NCBI GenBank assembly: GCA_016283175.1
Contig: JAEEMK010000075.1
Coordinates: 4,724 to 68,723 of the forward strand
Direction: 5' to 3'
Length of the DNA: 64,000 nucleotides
DNA from: Bacteroidales bacterium
GTDB taxonomy: Bacteria; Bacteroidota; Bacteroidia; Bacteroidales; P3
The translations under genes were made by a program, and so were the position numbers. Positions 17,611 to 28,100 of the stretch are shown piece by piece. Position 1 is the first letter of the stretch, and the number at the start of each line of letters is the position of its first letter. The notes beneath the pieces are model-generated. The model worked only from the letters and a program-made list of their open reading frames with translations. It was not told the origin of the DNA and did not search any database.

Positions 17611-20600
17611 ATGCAGAATAAAGGACTTATCAGATTTTTGGCGATTGCTTTTGTGCTTGTTTGTTTATTCCAATTGTCGTTTTCTTTTGCGACAAAGAGT
17701 GTTGAGAACAAGGCTAAGGCTAGCGCTGTGAAGTATGTAGAGAGTGCACAAGGACAGAGTGACATCGATGCTTGCCTTAAAAGACAGGGCAGCAACGATA
17801 TGAGTGCTGCTGAGCTGAAAAACTTGACGGCGATAGTTACTGACTCACTGCGTGCAACTAAAGAAACTTACTATCTTGATTCTATGGCCAATGAGAAGGT
17901 CTGGATGGGTTTCACCTACAAGAAATGCCAGGCTCGTGAAATCAATCTTGGTCTTGACTTGAAAGGTGGTATGAACGTTATGCTTGAGGTTTCGACGGTC
18001 GACGTCGTTAAAGCTCTGGCCAACTACACAAATGACGAGGTGTTCAACAAGGCCATTGATATGGCTCTCGAACAGCAAAAGAAGTCTGTAAACGAGAACT
18101 TCGTTAATCTTTTCTATGATGCCATCGTTTCTATTAAGCCGGATGTTCGTCTGGCAGGCTATTTTAGCAGCCAGCTGACAGGTACGACGCTTAACGACGA
18201 CAACAATACCATTCTCAACAAGCTTAGAGAGGAAACCAGTAGTGCTTATGAAAGGACTTATGAGATTCTTCGCAAGCGTATTGATAAGTTCGGTGTAGCC
18301 CAGCCCACCATTCAGCGCCTTCAGGCTTCTGAGCGCATCTTGGTTGAGCTTCCTGGTGTGAAGGATCCGCAGCGCGTCCGCAAGCTCCTGAAGGGTACAG
18401 CCCAGTTGGAGTTCTGGACCACCTACAGTGGCGATATGAGCGACTCGCGTTATCTTAATGAATACAACCGCGTATCTGGTTATCTGACTGCTACCGATGA
18501 GTATCTGGCATCAAAGAACACTTTGGCTGCTGAAACAACTGATACCAACGCTGTTATAGACAGCGCTGCTGTTGTTGAGAATGAGGCTCCGGCTGTCGCT
18601 GAAACCGAAAGCGATCCACAGAGCGAACAATACAAGAAGGATCATCCTCTGATGTCACTCTTTGCCCAGTGGCAGGGCTATCCGGTTTATCCTCCGATTG
18701 TATTCCGCGCCACCGAGGCTGACACCGCCGCTGTCAACCGTATGATTGCCGAAGGTGTGAAGGCTGGCAAGGTCAACGCACGCGAGGTGAAATATTTGTG
18801 GTCAGTGAAACCAATCGAAGAAGGTTCGAATGTGTTTGAACTCTATGCTATCAAGATTGAGGATTACGATCGCAATACCAATTTGCCGAAGGCTAAGTTG
18901 GATGGTAGCGTGATTACCGATGCGCGTCAGGACTTCAGCAATACTGAAGGCAATGAGATTTCGATGGTGATGAACTCGGAAGGTGCCCACGCTTGGAAGA
19001 ATATCACCCACGACAATGTCGGCAAGTGTGTGGCCATCGTTCTTGACGACCAGGTATACTCGGCTCCGCGTGTCAACGGTGAGATTGCCGGTGGCCGCTC
19101 GTCTATCACGGGTACCTTCACCCTCGAAGAGGCCAAGGACCTTGCCAATGTTCTGAAGTCTGGTAAGCTGCCTGCTCCAGCACGTATTGTCCAGGAGGCT
19201 GTGGTAGGACCTTCGCTGGGTCAGGAATCAATCCATAAGGGACTTGTCTCTTTTATCCTTGCATTTATTATTGTACTTATTTATATGGTGGTCTTCTACA
19301 ACCGTGCCGGTTGGGTGTCGGTTGTGGCTTTGGTGACCAACGTCTTCCTGCTGATGGGTGTGCTTGCATCGATAGGTGCTGTTCTGACACTGCCTGGTAT
19401 CGCTGGTATCGTTCTGACAATGGCTATGGCTGTCGACGGCAACGTGATTATCTATGAACGTATCAAGGAGGAGTTGCGTGCTGGCAAGAGTGTCGCCAAC
19501 GCTGTTGACGAAGGCTTCAAAAACGCTATGTCGGCAATCATCGACGGTCAGGTGACAACATTCCTGCTGGGCCTTGTGCTGATTATGTTCGGCTCGGGTA
19601 CCATCCAGGGCTTCGCCGTTACACTGTGCATCGGTATTGTCACCTCTCTGTTCACTAGCATTTTCATTACCCGTCTGGTTATTGACTGGATGTTGAACCA
19701 CAAGAAGAAAATCAATTTCTCGTTCGGTTTCACTGAAAACTTTATGCGCAATGCAAATGTTGACTTTATGGGCAAGCGCAAAACTTTCTATATCATTGGT
19801 GTTTGTGCTATAGTGCTGTGCTTCGTCGGTATCTTTGGCCGTCATCTGAGTATGGGTATTGACTTCACTGGTGGCCGCACTTATGTGGTGCGTTTCGATC
19901 AGGATGTTAACGTCGTCGATGTCCGTTCAAGTCTTGCCGCTGAGTTTGATGAAGCCCCCGAGGTTAAATCCTATGGTCCAAGCAATCAGGTGAAGATTAC
20001 CACCAACATTGTTGCTGCTGACTACTATGAGGCTTATCGTACGGCTCACAACCTGTCGGCTACAGACACTATCACCGATGAAATGGTCATCAACGAGAAA
20101 CTTTTTGCTGGTACTAAACAGTATTTTGGTAAGACCGATGACGGCAAGGAGATCTCTATGCAGCAGTTTGCTGATGCCGAGGTCTATCCTTATGGTATTA
20201 TCCAATCCGAGCAGGTTGAAGCAACTATGGCAACCGATATGAAACGTAATTCTATTCTGGCTGTGCTTGGTGGTCTTTTGGTCATCTTCGCATACATTGG
20301 TATACGTTTCCGCAGCTGGCGTTTTGGTGTTGGTAGCGTTGCAGCCCTTACGCACGATACTATTCTTATTATTGGTATGTTCGCGTTGCTGCGTGGTCTG
20401 CTGCCTTTTAGCCTCGATGTCGACCAGTCGTTCATCGCTGCTGTGCTGACTGTGATTGGTTACTCCATCAACGCCACGGTGGTTATCTTCGACCGTGTAC
20501 GTGAGAACCGTAATCTTTATCCCAAACGCGATTTGGTTCAACATATGAACGATGCCATTAATGCAACTTTGGCTCGTACCATCAACACATCTGGCACCAC

Positions 20601-20775
20601 ATTCTTCACTCTGTTGATGATGTTCATCTTCGGTGGTGAGGTTATCCGCGGATTTATCTTCGCTCTGTTGGTCGGTGTGGTTTGCGGTGTTTTCTCGTCG
20701 GTCTGCCTTGCTTGTCCCATCGTATACGAGGTCAGCAAGAAGCGTGAGGCCAAACGTCTCAATGCTGGAAAATAA
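17611..20775 (+). CDS. secDF: Protein translocase subunit SecDF (fused)
   Basis: 1054 aa. SecD periplasmic domain (LGLDLKGGMNVMLEV, ILVELPGV) followed by two six-TM SecD/SecF halves. Confidence 0.95.
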   Translation: MQNKGLIRFLAIAFVLVCLFQLSFSFATKSVENKAKASAVKYVESAQGQSDIDACLKRQGSNDMSAAELKNLTAIVTDSLRATKETYYLDSMANEKVWMGFTYKKCQAREINLGLDLKGGMNVMLEVSTVDVVKALANYTNDEVFNKAIDMALEQQKKSVNENFVNLFYDAIVSIKPDVRLAGYFSSQLTGTTLNDDNNTILNKLREETSSAYERTYEILRKRIDKFGVAQPTIQRLQASERILVELPGVKDPQRVRKLLKGTAQLEFWTTYSGDMSDSRYLNEYNRVSGYLTATDEYLASKNTLAAETTDTNAVIDSAAVVENEAPAVAETESDPQSEQYKKDHPLMSLFAQWQGYPVYPPIVFRATEADTAAVNRMIAEGVKAGKVNAREVKYLWSVKPIEEGSNVFELYAIKIEDYDRNTNLPKAKLDGSVITDARQDFSNTEGNEISMVMNSEGAHAWKNITHDNVGKCVAIVLDDQVYSAPRVNGEIAGGRSSITGTFTLEEAKDLANVLKSGKLPAPARIVQEAVVGPSLGQESIHKGLVSFILAFIIVLIYMVVFYNRAGWVSVVALVTNVFLLMGVLASIGAVLTLPGIAGIVLTMAMAVDGNVIIYERIKEELRAGKSVANAVDEGFKNAMSAIIDGQVTTFLLGLVLIMFGSGTIQGFAVTLCIGIVTSLFTSIFITRLVIDWMLNHKKKINFSFGFTENFMRNANVDFMGKRKTFYIIGVCAIVLCFVGIFGRHLSMGIDFTGGRTYVVRFDQDVNVVDVRSSLAAEFDEAPEVKSYGPSNQVKITTNIVAADYYEAYRTAHNLSATDTITDEMVINEKLFAGTKQYFGKTDDGKEISMQQFADAEVYPYGIIQSEQVEATMATDMKRNSILAVLGGLLVIFAYIGIRFRSWRFGVGSVAALTHDTILIIGMFALLRGLLPFSLDVDQSFIAAVLTVIGYSINATVVIFDRVRENRNLYPKRDLVQHMNDAINATLARTINTSGTTFFTLLMMFIFGGEVIRGFIFALLVGVVCGVFSSVCLACPIVYEVSKKREAKRLNAGK

Positions 20776-20802
20776 TTATTGATATCTTATATATAATAGC
20801 AG

Positions 20803-21225
20803 ATGGATATACTCGATATCATAATAACAATTGCAATACTGTGTGTCGGTGGTCTTCTTGGTGGCAAAAACACCAAGAAGACTGACCGTAGGCAGGCCTC
20901 TTCTCCGAGACCTCGTCCGGCAGTTGAACAGAATGATGAAGAGTATGTCTCCAACGAATGGGGCGATGAAGAATTTGTTGAGGACTGGGAAGAACCCGTG
21001 GAGGAGAAGGGCGTTTTTGGTTCATCGTATTTCTCATATGAGGAACAACCTGCCGAAACTGTCGGCCACAAAAACACCGAACCAGTAAAGCCGGAGCCTG
21101 TCAAAGTGCAACCGGCAAGTGCCGTTGAAGAACAAACGAACGGCATTACTTCACTGCTTGGTGAGACATTCGACCTCCGAAAGGCTTTCATCTACCAGAC
21201 AATAATGGAAAGGGTGGAATGTTGA
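20803..21225 (+). CDS. Hypothetical membrane-anchored acidic protein
   Basis: 140 aa. One N-terminal TM (ILDIIITIAILCVGGLLGG), then a Pro/Glu-rich low-complexity segment. It lies 27 nt after secDF. No family recognised. Confidence 0.45.
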   Translation: MDILDIIITIAILCVGGLLGGKNTKKTDRRQASSPRPRPAVEQNDEEYVSNEWGDEEFVEDWEEPVEEKGVFGSSYFSYEEQPAETVGHKNTEPVKPEPVKVQPASAVEEQTNGITSLLGETFDLRKAFIYQTIMERVEC

Positions 21226-21295
21226 GGGAGTCTGCTTTACTCTAAATGCAAAATGAAATAATAAAAATAATTAACTCTCTACAAAAACAACAAGT

Positions 21296-24200
21296 ATGTT
21301 TAGAAAGGTACTATTAACGATCGGACTGCTTTTAGCTGCACAGGTAGTGGCTTTTGCACAGGGTACAATGAAAGGTGCCATCACCGACGAGAAAACCGGT
21401 GAACCTCTGATGGGTGCAAATGTCGTTGCCAAGCAGGGTGGTCAAATTATGGGTGGTGGCCGCACAGACTTTGATGGTAACTATACCATCAAGGGCTTAC
21501 AGGTCGGCAAGTATGAGATAGAAGTCTCGTATATGGGCTACGCCACCGTTAAAACAGAAATCAACGTAAAGGCTTCGGGCTTCACGGTCTACAATGAGAA
21601 GCTTACCAAATCTGGTCAGCAGCTCAAGGAAGTTGTTGTGAAGGCACAAAAGGTTCCTGTCATCGACATTGGAGCCCCCGAGTCTGGTACACGTCTTTCG
21701 GCCGATGATATCGGTAAGATGCCTGCCAACTCAGTTGACGGTATCGTCGCCGCTGTTGCCGGTGTGGGTTATAGCGACGGTGGTACTGGTACTGCTCGTG
21801 GTGAGGATGGTATGGTTACCCAGGTGGGTAACGTCCGCACTCGTACTGGTGTCAACGTTCCTAAAGAAGCCATCGCTGAAATCCAGGTGGTGCTTGGCGG
21901 TACTCCTGCCAGCATCGGTGAAGCTATCGGTGGTACCCAGATTATCACTCTTAAACCGCCATCGACAAAGTTTATGGGTCTTGTCAAATACGACACTTAT
22001 CTTGACTATCGTCTGTATAATATGCTCACAGTTTGGCTGAGTGGTCCTGTGGCTAAAACTGCTCTTAAGGATGAACAGGGCAACAAGACAGGTGAACGTA
22101 CTTTTGTAGGATTCCGTTTCACTGGTGTCGGTTCGTACTCGAAATTCGGATACTATCGTTCCAAGGACGGACGTTTCCAGGTCGTTAACGATGAAAAGGT
22201 AATGGAAATTGAGAATGCTCCTATTATCTATGACCCCGTTGAAGGTACGGTTAACTATGCTGCAGAGTTTCTTCGTGCTGAGGACTTTGTCACCATTTCT
22301 CGTCCCAATGCAAAGAACTATTTTGTCAACAAGGATCGCGAGGCTGATTTCGGCAGTTATAGCATCAACTTACAAGGAGCATTGGACTTCCGCTTCACCG
22401 AATTGACTTCGTTGGTTCTCACTGGTGAATATGACTACAGTTATGGTCCAAGCACTAGTTTGAGCTACTTCCCGCTGAACCTCCACAACGCTGCCAACGG
22501 TGTCAACAAAGTGCAGAACATTGTTCTTACTGCTGACTTCACCCAGCGTTTTAAGGATCCGGAGCCTGTAAAGGATGAGAGCAATCCAGATGCAAAGAGT
22601 GAGCCGGTTGTTTCGAAGGTTATGTATAACATCACGGCGATGTTCAACCGTTATAATACACGTTCCTATAATGAGAAGTTCGGTGACGATCTGTTCAAAT
22701 ATGGCCACATAGGTACTTTTGAGAGAACACAGACTCCATCGTACGAAATACGTTCGGACTATAATTACCACGGTACAACACAGACTGCCCACATTCAGAA
22801 CAGCTGGATTGAAAATTCAAAATATATTGCTCCGTCAGAATACAACCCCATTCTGTCGAACTACACATCTCAGCTTTTCAATATTCCTACGCTTGCTCCC
22901 TACCTGACGACATTCGACCTAATTCGCAACTATAATGGTCTTGTCAACGGTTCTTTGCTGGGTACTGTTTACGGTCTTTTCTCCAACGTAGGTACACAGA
23001 GCACTGGTTATTCAAAGAGTGAATACAATTATTATTATTTACAAGCAAAGGCTGCTGCTACCATCAAGGGTCACGACCTTGAAATTGGTTTCCAGTATGA
23101 CCAATATACCCACGCTTCGTACGGCATTTCTGCCTATTCTCTGTGGACTCTGATGCGTCAGTCGGCTAACGCTCATATCACTCAGTTGGACTTCAACAAT
23201 CCTATTGAGCATTTTGAGAATTCGGAACTGTTTGTCGACTATAACCGTTTGAACGGTGGTGGACAGACCTGTTTCGACGAGTCATTGCGTCGTGCCCTTG
23301 GTCTTGATGTCAATGGTACTACCTGGCTCGATATCGACCGTTATTCACCGGATGATTACAACAGTTTCGGTGGTATTAATATGTTCTCCGCTAACGAACT
23401 CTTCAACAGCGGCAACCAGATGGTCAGCTATTATGGATATGATCACACCGGTGAGAAGTATCGTTCCAGCACTTGGAGTCTCGACGACTTCTTCGATCCT
23501 GTAAGCCGTGGTCACAAGAACTTCCAATATTTGCCGGTTTTCTCACCTATCTATGCGGCAGGTTATATTCAGGACAAGTTCTTCTTCCAAGACCTTATCT
23601 TCAACGTCGGTGTACGTGTTGACTACTATGATGGTAACCAGATGGTCTTGAAAGATCCTTATCTGCTTTATGAATCCTACACTGTTGCCGACCTCAACAA
23701 TGGCAAGGCAGCTTTTGTCACTGGCCTTGACAACAATGCATTTCCGGCAGGTGTTCAGGATGATTGGGTAGTCTATGTTGACGATGCAGGTGCAACCACA
23801 CCCACAATCCGTGGTTATCGTGATGGAAGCATTTGGTACAATGCCGAAGGTGTTCAGGTTACTACGCCGAGTGCAATCTCTGGTGAATCTGGTAGACCGA
23901 CTCCTTACCGTACTACCGGTGAGGGTGGTGGACAGCAGACTGCCACGACTGGTAATGGCAGTGGCAACCGTATCTCTGCCAATGCTTTCAAGGACTATGA
24001 TCCGCAGATTGTTGTTATGCCTCGTATCGCTTTCTCGTTCCCCGTCAACGATATGTCGCAGTTCAAAGCCAACTATGATATTATTGCACGCCGTCCCTCT
24101 TCGGGTTGGCAGGCTGACTATTTCAGCTATCTTTATATGACTCAAGCCAACGGCTACATCAATAACCCGAATCTGAAACCTGAACGTATTACCAACTATG

Positions 24201-25087
24201 AACTTGGTTTCCAGCAGGCTCTTAACAAGGACAAAACTGCTGCCCTCAGTATTTCTGCTTACTATAAGGAAACTCGCGACCTGATTCAGGTTGTCCAGTA
24301 TGCTGGTGCTGACCCGAACCCGAACTACTATTCGTTTGACAATATTGACTTCAAAACCATTAAAGGTTTCTCGCTGTCTTTCGATATGCGTCAGAGCAAC
24401 AATGTCCGTATCAATGCCAACTATACTCTTCAGTATGCTGAAGGAACAGGTTTGTCTTCAACTACGATGTCTGAGCTTATTAAGGAAGGTTATACAACCC
24501 TTAAGATGTTGAACCCGATCAGTGATGACCGTCGTCACGAGTTCAAGGCTAATGTTGACTACCGTCTTGGCAAAGGTGAGGGTTGGAAGATTACCCGTGC
24601 CGTCAAGGATAAAGATGGAAATGCAAAGAAGAAAGAGATTTATCCGTTGCAGAATTTCGGTATCAACTTTATTGCTGTTGCCCAGTCTGGACGTCCCTAC
24701 ACCAGAGCTTTCAGCAACACTCAGCACACTATTGTTGGTAGCTACCGTGGCGCTCGTATGCCTTGGGGCTTCTATTTCGATGTTGTCGTCGACAAGACTT
24801 GGCCCATCGAAATCAAGCGTGAAGGCAAGAAACCGCGTCCTACTATGCTTAATGCATCTGTTACTATCAGAAACCTCTTCGATATCAGAAACATTACTGG
24901 TGTTCACGCAGTCACCGGCAACCCGTCAGACGATGGTTATCTGACCGACCCCGAGACGCAGTCAGTGATCAATGCTTATCTTGATCCGCAGTCTTTCCGC
25001 GATATGTATAATGTTATGCTGAATAATAACTATTGGTACTATTCTCAGCCAAGAAGCATTCGTCTGACCTTGACTTACCAATTCTAA
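21296..25087 (+). CDS. TonB-dependent-receptor-like outer-membrane barrel with N-terminal carboxypeptidase-regulatory-like domain
   Basis: 1263 aa. Signal peptide. The CarboxypepD_reg-like stretch is GAITDEKTGEPLMGANVV...TDFDGNYTIKGLQVGKYEIEVSYMGY, followed by a plug-like segment. The C-terminus ...RSIRLTLTYQF has the terminal aromatic of OM barrels. Confidence 0.75.
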   Translation: MFRKVLLTIGLLLAAQVVAFAQGTMKGAITDEKTGEPLMGANVVAKQGGQIMGGGRTDFDGNYTIKGLQVGKYEIEVSYMGYATVKTEINVKASGFTVYNEKLTKSGQQLKEVVVKAQKVPVIDIGAPESGTRLSADDIGKMPANSVDGIVAAVAGVGYSDGGTGTARGEDGMVTQVGNVRTRTGVNVPKEAIAEIQVVLGGTPASIGEAIGGTQIITLKPPSTKFMGLVKYDTYLDYRLYNMLTVWLSGPVAKTALKDEQGNKTGERTFVGFRFTGVGSYSKFGYYRSKDGRFQVVNDEKVMEIENAPIIYDPVEGTVNYAAEFLRAEDFVTISRPNAKNYFVNKDREADFGSYSINLQGALDFRFTELTSLVLTGEYDYSYGPSTSLSYFPLNLHNAANGVNKVQNIVLTADFTQRFKDPEPVKDESNPDAKSEPVVSKVMYNITAMFNRYNTRSYNEKFGDDLFKYGHIGTFERTQTPSYEIRSDYNYHGTTQTAHIQNSWIENSKYIAPSEYNPILSNYTSQLFNIPTLAPYLTTFDLIRNYNGLVNGSLLGTVYGLFSNVGTQSTGYSKSEYNYYYLQAKAAATIKGHDLEIGFQYDQYTHASYGISAYSLWTLMRQSANAHITQLDFNNPIEHFENSELFVDYNRLNGGGQTCFDESLRRALGLDVNGTTWLDIDRYSPDDYNSFGGINMFSANELFNSGNQMVSYYGYDHTGEKYRSSTWSLDDFFDPVSRGHKNFQYLPVFSPIYAAGYIQDKFFFQDLIFNVGVRVDYYDGNQMVLKDPYLLYESYTVADLNNGKAAFVTGLDNNAFPAGVQDDWVVYVDDAGATTPTIRGYRDGSIWYNAEGVQVTTPSAISGESGRPTPYRTTGEGGGQQTATTGNGSGNRISANAFKDYDPQIVVMPRIAFSFPVNDMSQFKANYDIIARRPSSGWQADYFSYLYMTQANGYINNPNLKPERITNYELGFQQALNKDKTAALSISAYYKETRDLIQVVQYAGADPNPNYYSFDNIDFKTIKGFSLSFDMRQSNNVRINANYTLQYAEGTGLSSTTMSELIKEGYTTLKMLNPISDDRRHEFKANVDYRLGKGEGWKITRAVKDKDGNAKKKEIYPLQNFGINFIAVAQSGRPYTRAFSNTQHTIVGSYRGARMPWGFYFDVVVDKTWPIEIKREGKKPRPTMLNASVTIRNLFDIRNITGVHAVTGNPSDDGYLTDPETQSVINAYLDPQSFRDMYNVMLNNNYWYYSQPRSIRLTLTYQF

Positions 25088-25114
25088 TATCGTAATGTGA
25101 AAAATTATAAAGAG

Positions 25115-28100
25115 ATGAAAAATATATTTATTAAAACAGTCTTATTGGCTTTCCTGTTCTCATCAATGATGGGGACAGCCGCTGCTCGAGAGTGCACCAC
25201 CTGCAAGTCGAAGAGCGCGAAAAAGGCTGCCGTGCAGTCGAAAGCTGCTGTGTGTAAAAGAGCACAGAGTACTGCCGAGTTGAATATCAACAATGTCCGT
25301 GCGTTGATTAACGGATACGGCAATATGTGGTATGACGGCAGTATTACACAGTACCATATTCCTAAAGACGGTACGTCCACTCCTCTGTATTGTGCTGCAC
25401 TGTGGATTGGTGGTACTGACGTTAATGACCAGTTGCGTCTTGCCGCTCTCCGTTTTGGTCAGGAAGGCGACGATTATTGGCCCGGCCCTCTTACCATTGA
25501 CGGTACCGCCGACGTTAGTATTGAGGTCTGCAACTATTATGACAGACATTACAAAATTAGTCAGGCTGAAGTTCAGTCATTTATGCAGATGTTTGACTAT
25601 ACAGCCAATCCTCCGCAGCCTAACGAGAAGTATGACGAAGGTGCAATTTCGCAGGCTATTAAAGAGTGGCCCGCCCACGGTAATTTTGCCAACCAGTCTT
25701 ATTATCTGGCACCGTTCTTTGATGCCGATGGAGACGGTGAATACAATTACCAGAATGGTGACTATCCATACTACGATTTTGACAACGCCTTGTGCCCTCG
25801 TACGTTGAAGGCAAACCTGAAACGTGGCGAGACTTACAAACCCTTCCCTACAATGGAGGATTCTTTGGGTATTGTCAAAGGTGGTCTTCTTTCTGACCAA
25901 GTTCTGAAAGGCGACCAGACCATTTGGTGGGTATTCAATGATATGGGAAACACTCACACCGAGTCTGGTGGACAGCCCATCGGTCTTGAAATTCGTGCCC
26001 AGGCATTTGCTTTCTCGACCAATGACGAAATCAACAATATGACATTCTATACCTATGAAATCATCAACCGTTCGACCTATGAACTGCGTAATACCTATTT
26101 CAGCCAGTGGGTTGACCCGGATTTGGGCTATGGCTATGATGACTATATTGGTTGCGATGTCAAGCGCGGTCTTGGCTATTGCTACAATGGTAAGGATGTT
26201 GACGGTCCTGGAACAGGTTCGTACAGTGGCATTCCTCCCGCAGTAGGTATTGACTTCTTCCAGGGACCCTATATGGATGCCGACGGTAAGGACAATCCCA
26301 AGATTGATATTAACAAAATGCGTATCTATTATCCTGAAAAGCTTGCTAATTATTGGATTGACAGTCTTAATGTATATGATACCATTATGCTCTCCGACGA
26401 TGCCGACCTTTTCTATCCTCTTGCTTGGTATTTCCAGGCTGACGACTCGATAGGTAACTGCGCCATCAACGGTGTCAACTTTGGTAACAATATTGTTGAC
26501 GACGAGCGTTTTGGTATGCGTCGTTTCGTGTACTACGACAACAGCAGCAGCAACATCAACGGTGAACCGAGCAAAGCTACTGACTATTACAACTATTTGC
26601 AAGGTTTCTGGAAGAACGGTTCGCATATGAAGTATGGTGGTAATGCAATCTCTACTGGTACTTCCTCACTGAACTGTGACTTTATGTTCCCCGACGATAG
26701 TGACCCGTTGCATTGGGGTACCAATGGTGTAGTTCCTGACGATGAGTTCCATCCTAATGACTGGACTGAGGTTACCTCTGGTGACAACGTGACTCCTGGT
26801 GACCGTCGTTTTATGCAGTCTGCAGGACCCTTCACATTGAAACCTGGTGCTGTCAACTACATTACCGTAGGTATTCCGTTTGCACAGGCTTCCTCTGGTA
26901 ACAGATGGACTTCAGTTACTTTGCTTCGTGAAATAGACGATGTCTGCCAGGCTCTCTTCGAGAACTGTTTCAAAGTCCTTGACGGTCCTGATGCTCCTAC
27001 ACTGATTGTCCAGGAAATGAGCAATGAAGTTATTCTTTATATTACTTATGATAACCCTGCTTCCAACAACTATGGTGAATCCTATGATGAGGAAGATGCT
27101 TCAATTCTGAAATCTTATCCAAGTGAACTTCGTCACTATAAATTTGAAGGTTATCAGGTTTATCAGCTTGCCAACGCCAATGTTTCCATTACCGACATTG
27201 GAGACGAGACCAAAGCTCGTTTGGTTTACCAGTGCGACATAGAGAACTACTATGATGACACTGCCTCAAACCCGACTCTGCCTATTGCCAAGTTGGTTAA
27301 CTACACCTCCAACTCTTCCACGGGCCTTTTGACTGGTAGAATTATGGTTGATGGTGCCAATGCTGGTATCAAGCACGTAATCCGTGTCACTACTGACCTC
27401 TTCGCCAACGGAACAAGTACAAATCTTGTGAATAATAAGGAATATTACTATGTTGCTGTTGCTTATGCACACAACCGCTTTAAAGAGTATTCGCAGACTG
27501 ACCCCAACAAACTTGATGGCCAGAAAGAGCCTTATCTGGCAGGCCGCAAAAACGAGTATGGCGGAACCATTACCCCGGTTATTGCCAAACCGCACAATCC
27601 TTCATCGGAAAATGGTGGTACCATTGTTCAAGCTACCTATGGTATGAGCCCCAACATCACTCGTATCGAAGGCTTCGGTAACGGTGGCAACGTCCTTCAG
27701 CTTACAGAAGAATCCATAGTCGAGCTTATGGGTGAACCGGGTGTTGCTGGTAAGGGACCAGGACGTATGCAGGAGTACACAACTGGTGGTACTTACACCG
27801 CTGTTATGAACAATCCTTGCATCATTTCTCATCCCCGCTATGAGCAGAACGCAGGTCCTGTAAACGTTCGTATTATTGACCCGCTCAACATTAAGGAAGG
27901 TCAGTTCTATATCAACTTCACTGGTGTAAGCGATTCGGCCAAGTGGTCAATCTCGAAGGTTGACGGCACTCCGCTGTACTACGTTAAGACTGGCAGCAAT
28001 GATTCCGTTGGTGTCTATACGGACACTGCAGACTTTGTAATTAGCCGTTACAACGAGCAGCTCTTCCTCGACCTCGGTATTGCAGTTGCTATCACCAATC

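Noticed and set aside
17238-17795. 185-aa minus-strand ORF upstream of and overlapping the secDF start
   Set aside because: It starts in the AT-rich promoter region and overlaps the secDF N-terminus antisense. Its Lys/Ile/Phe-rich composition simply reflects AT-rich DNA.
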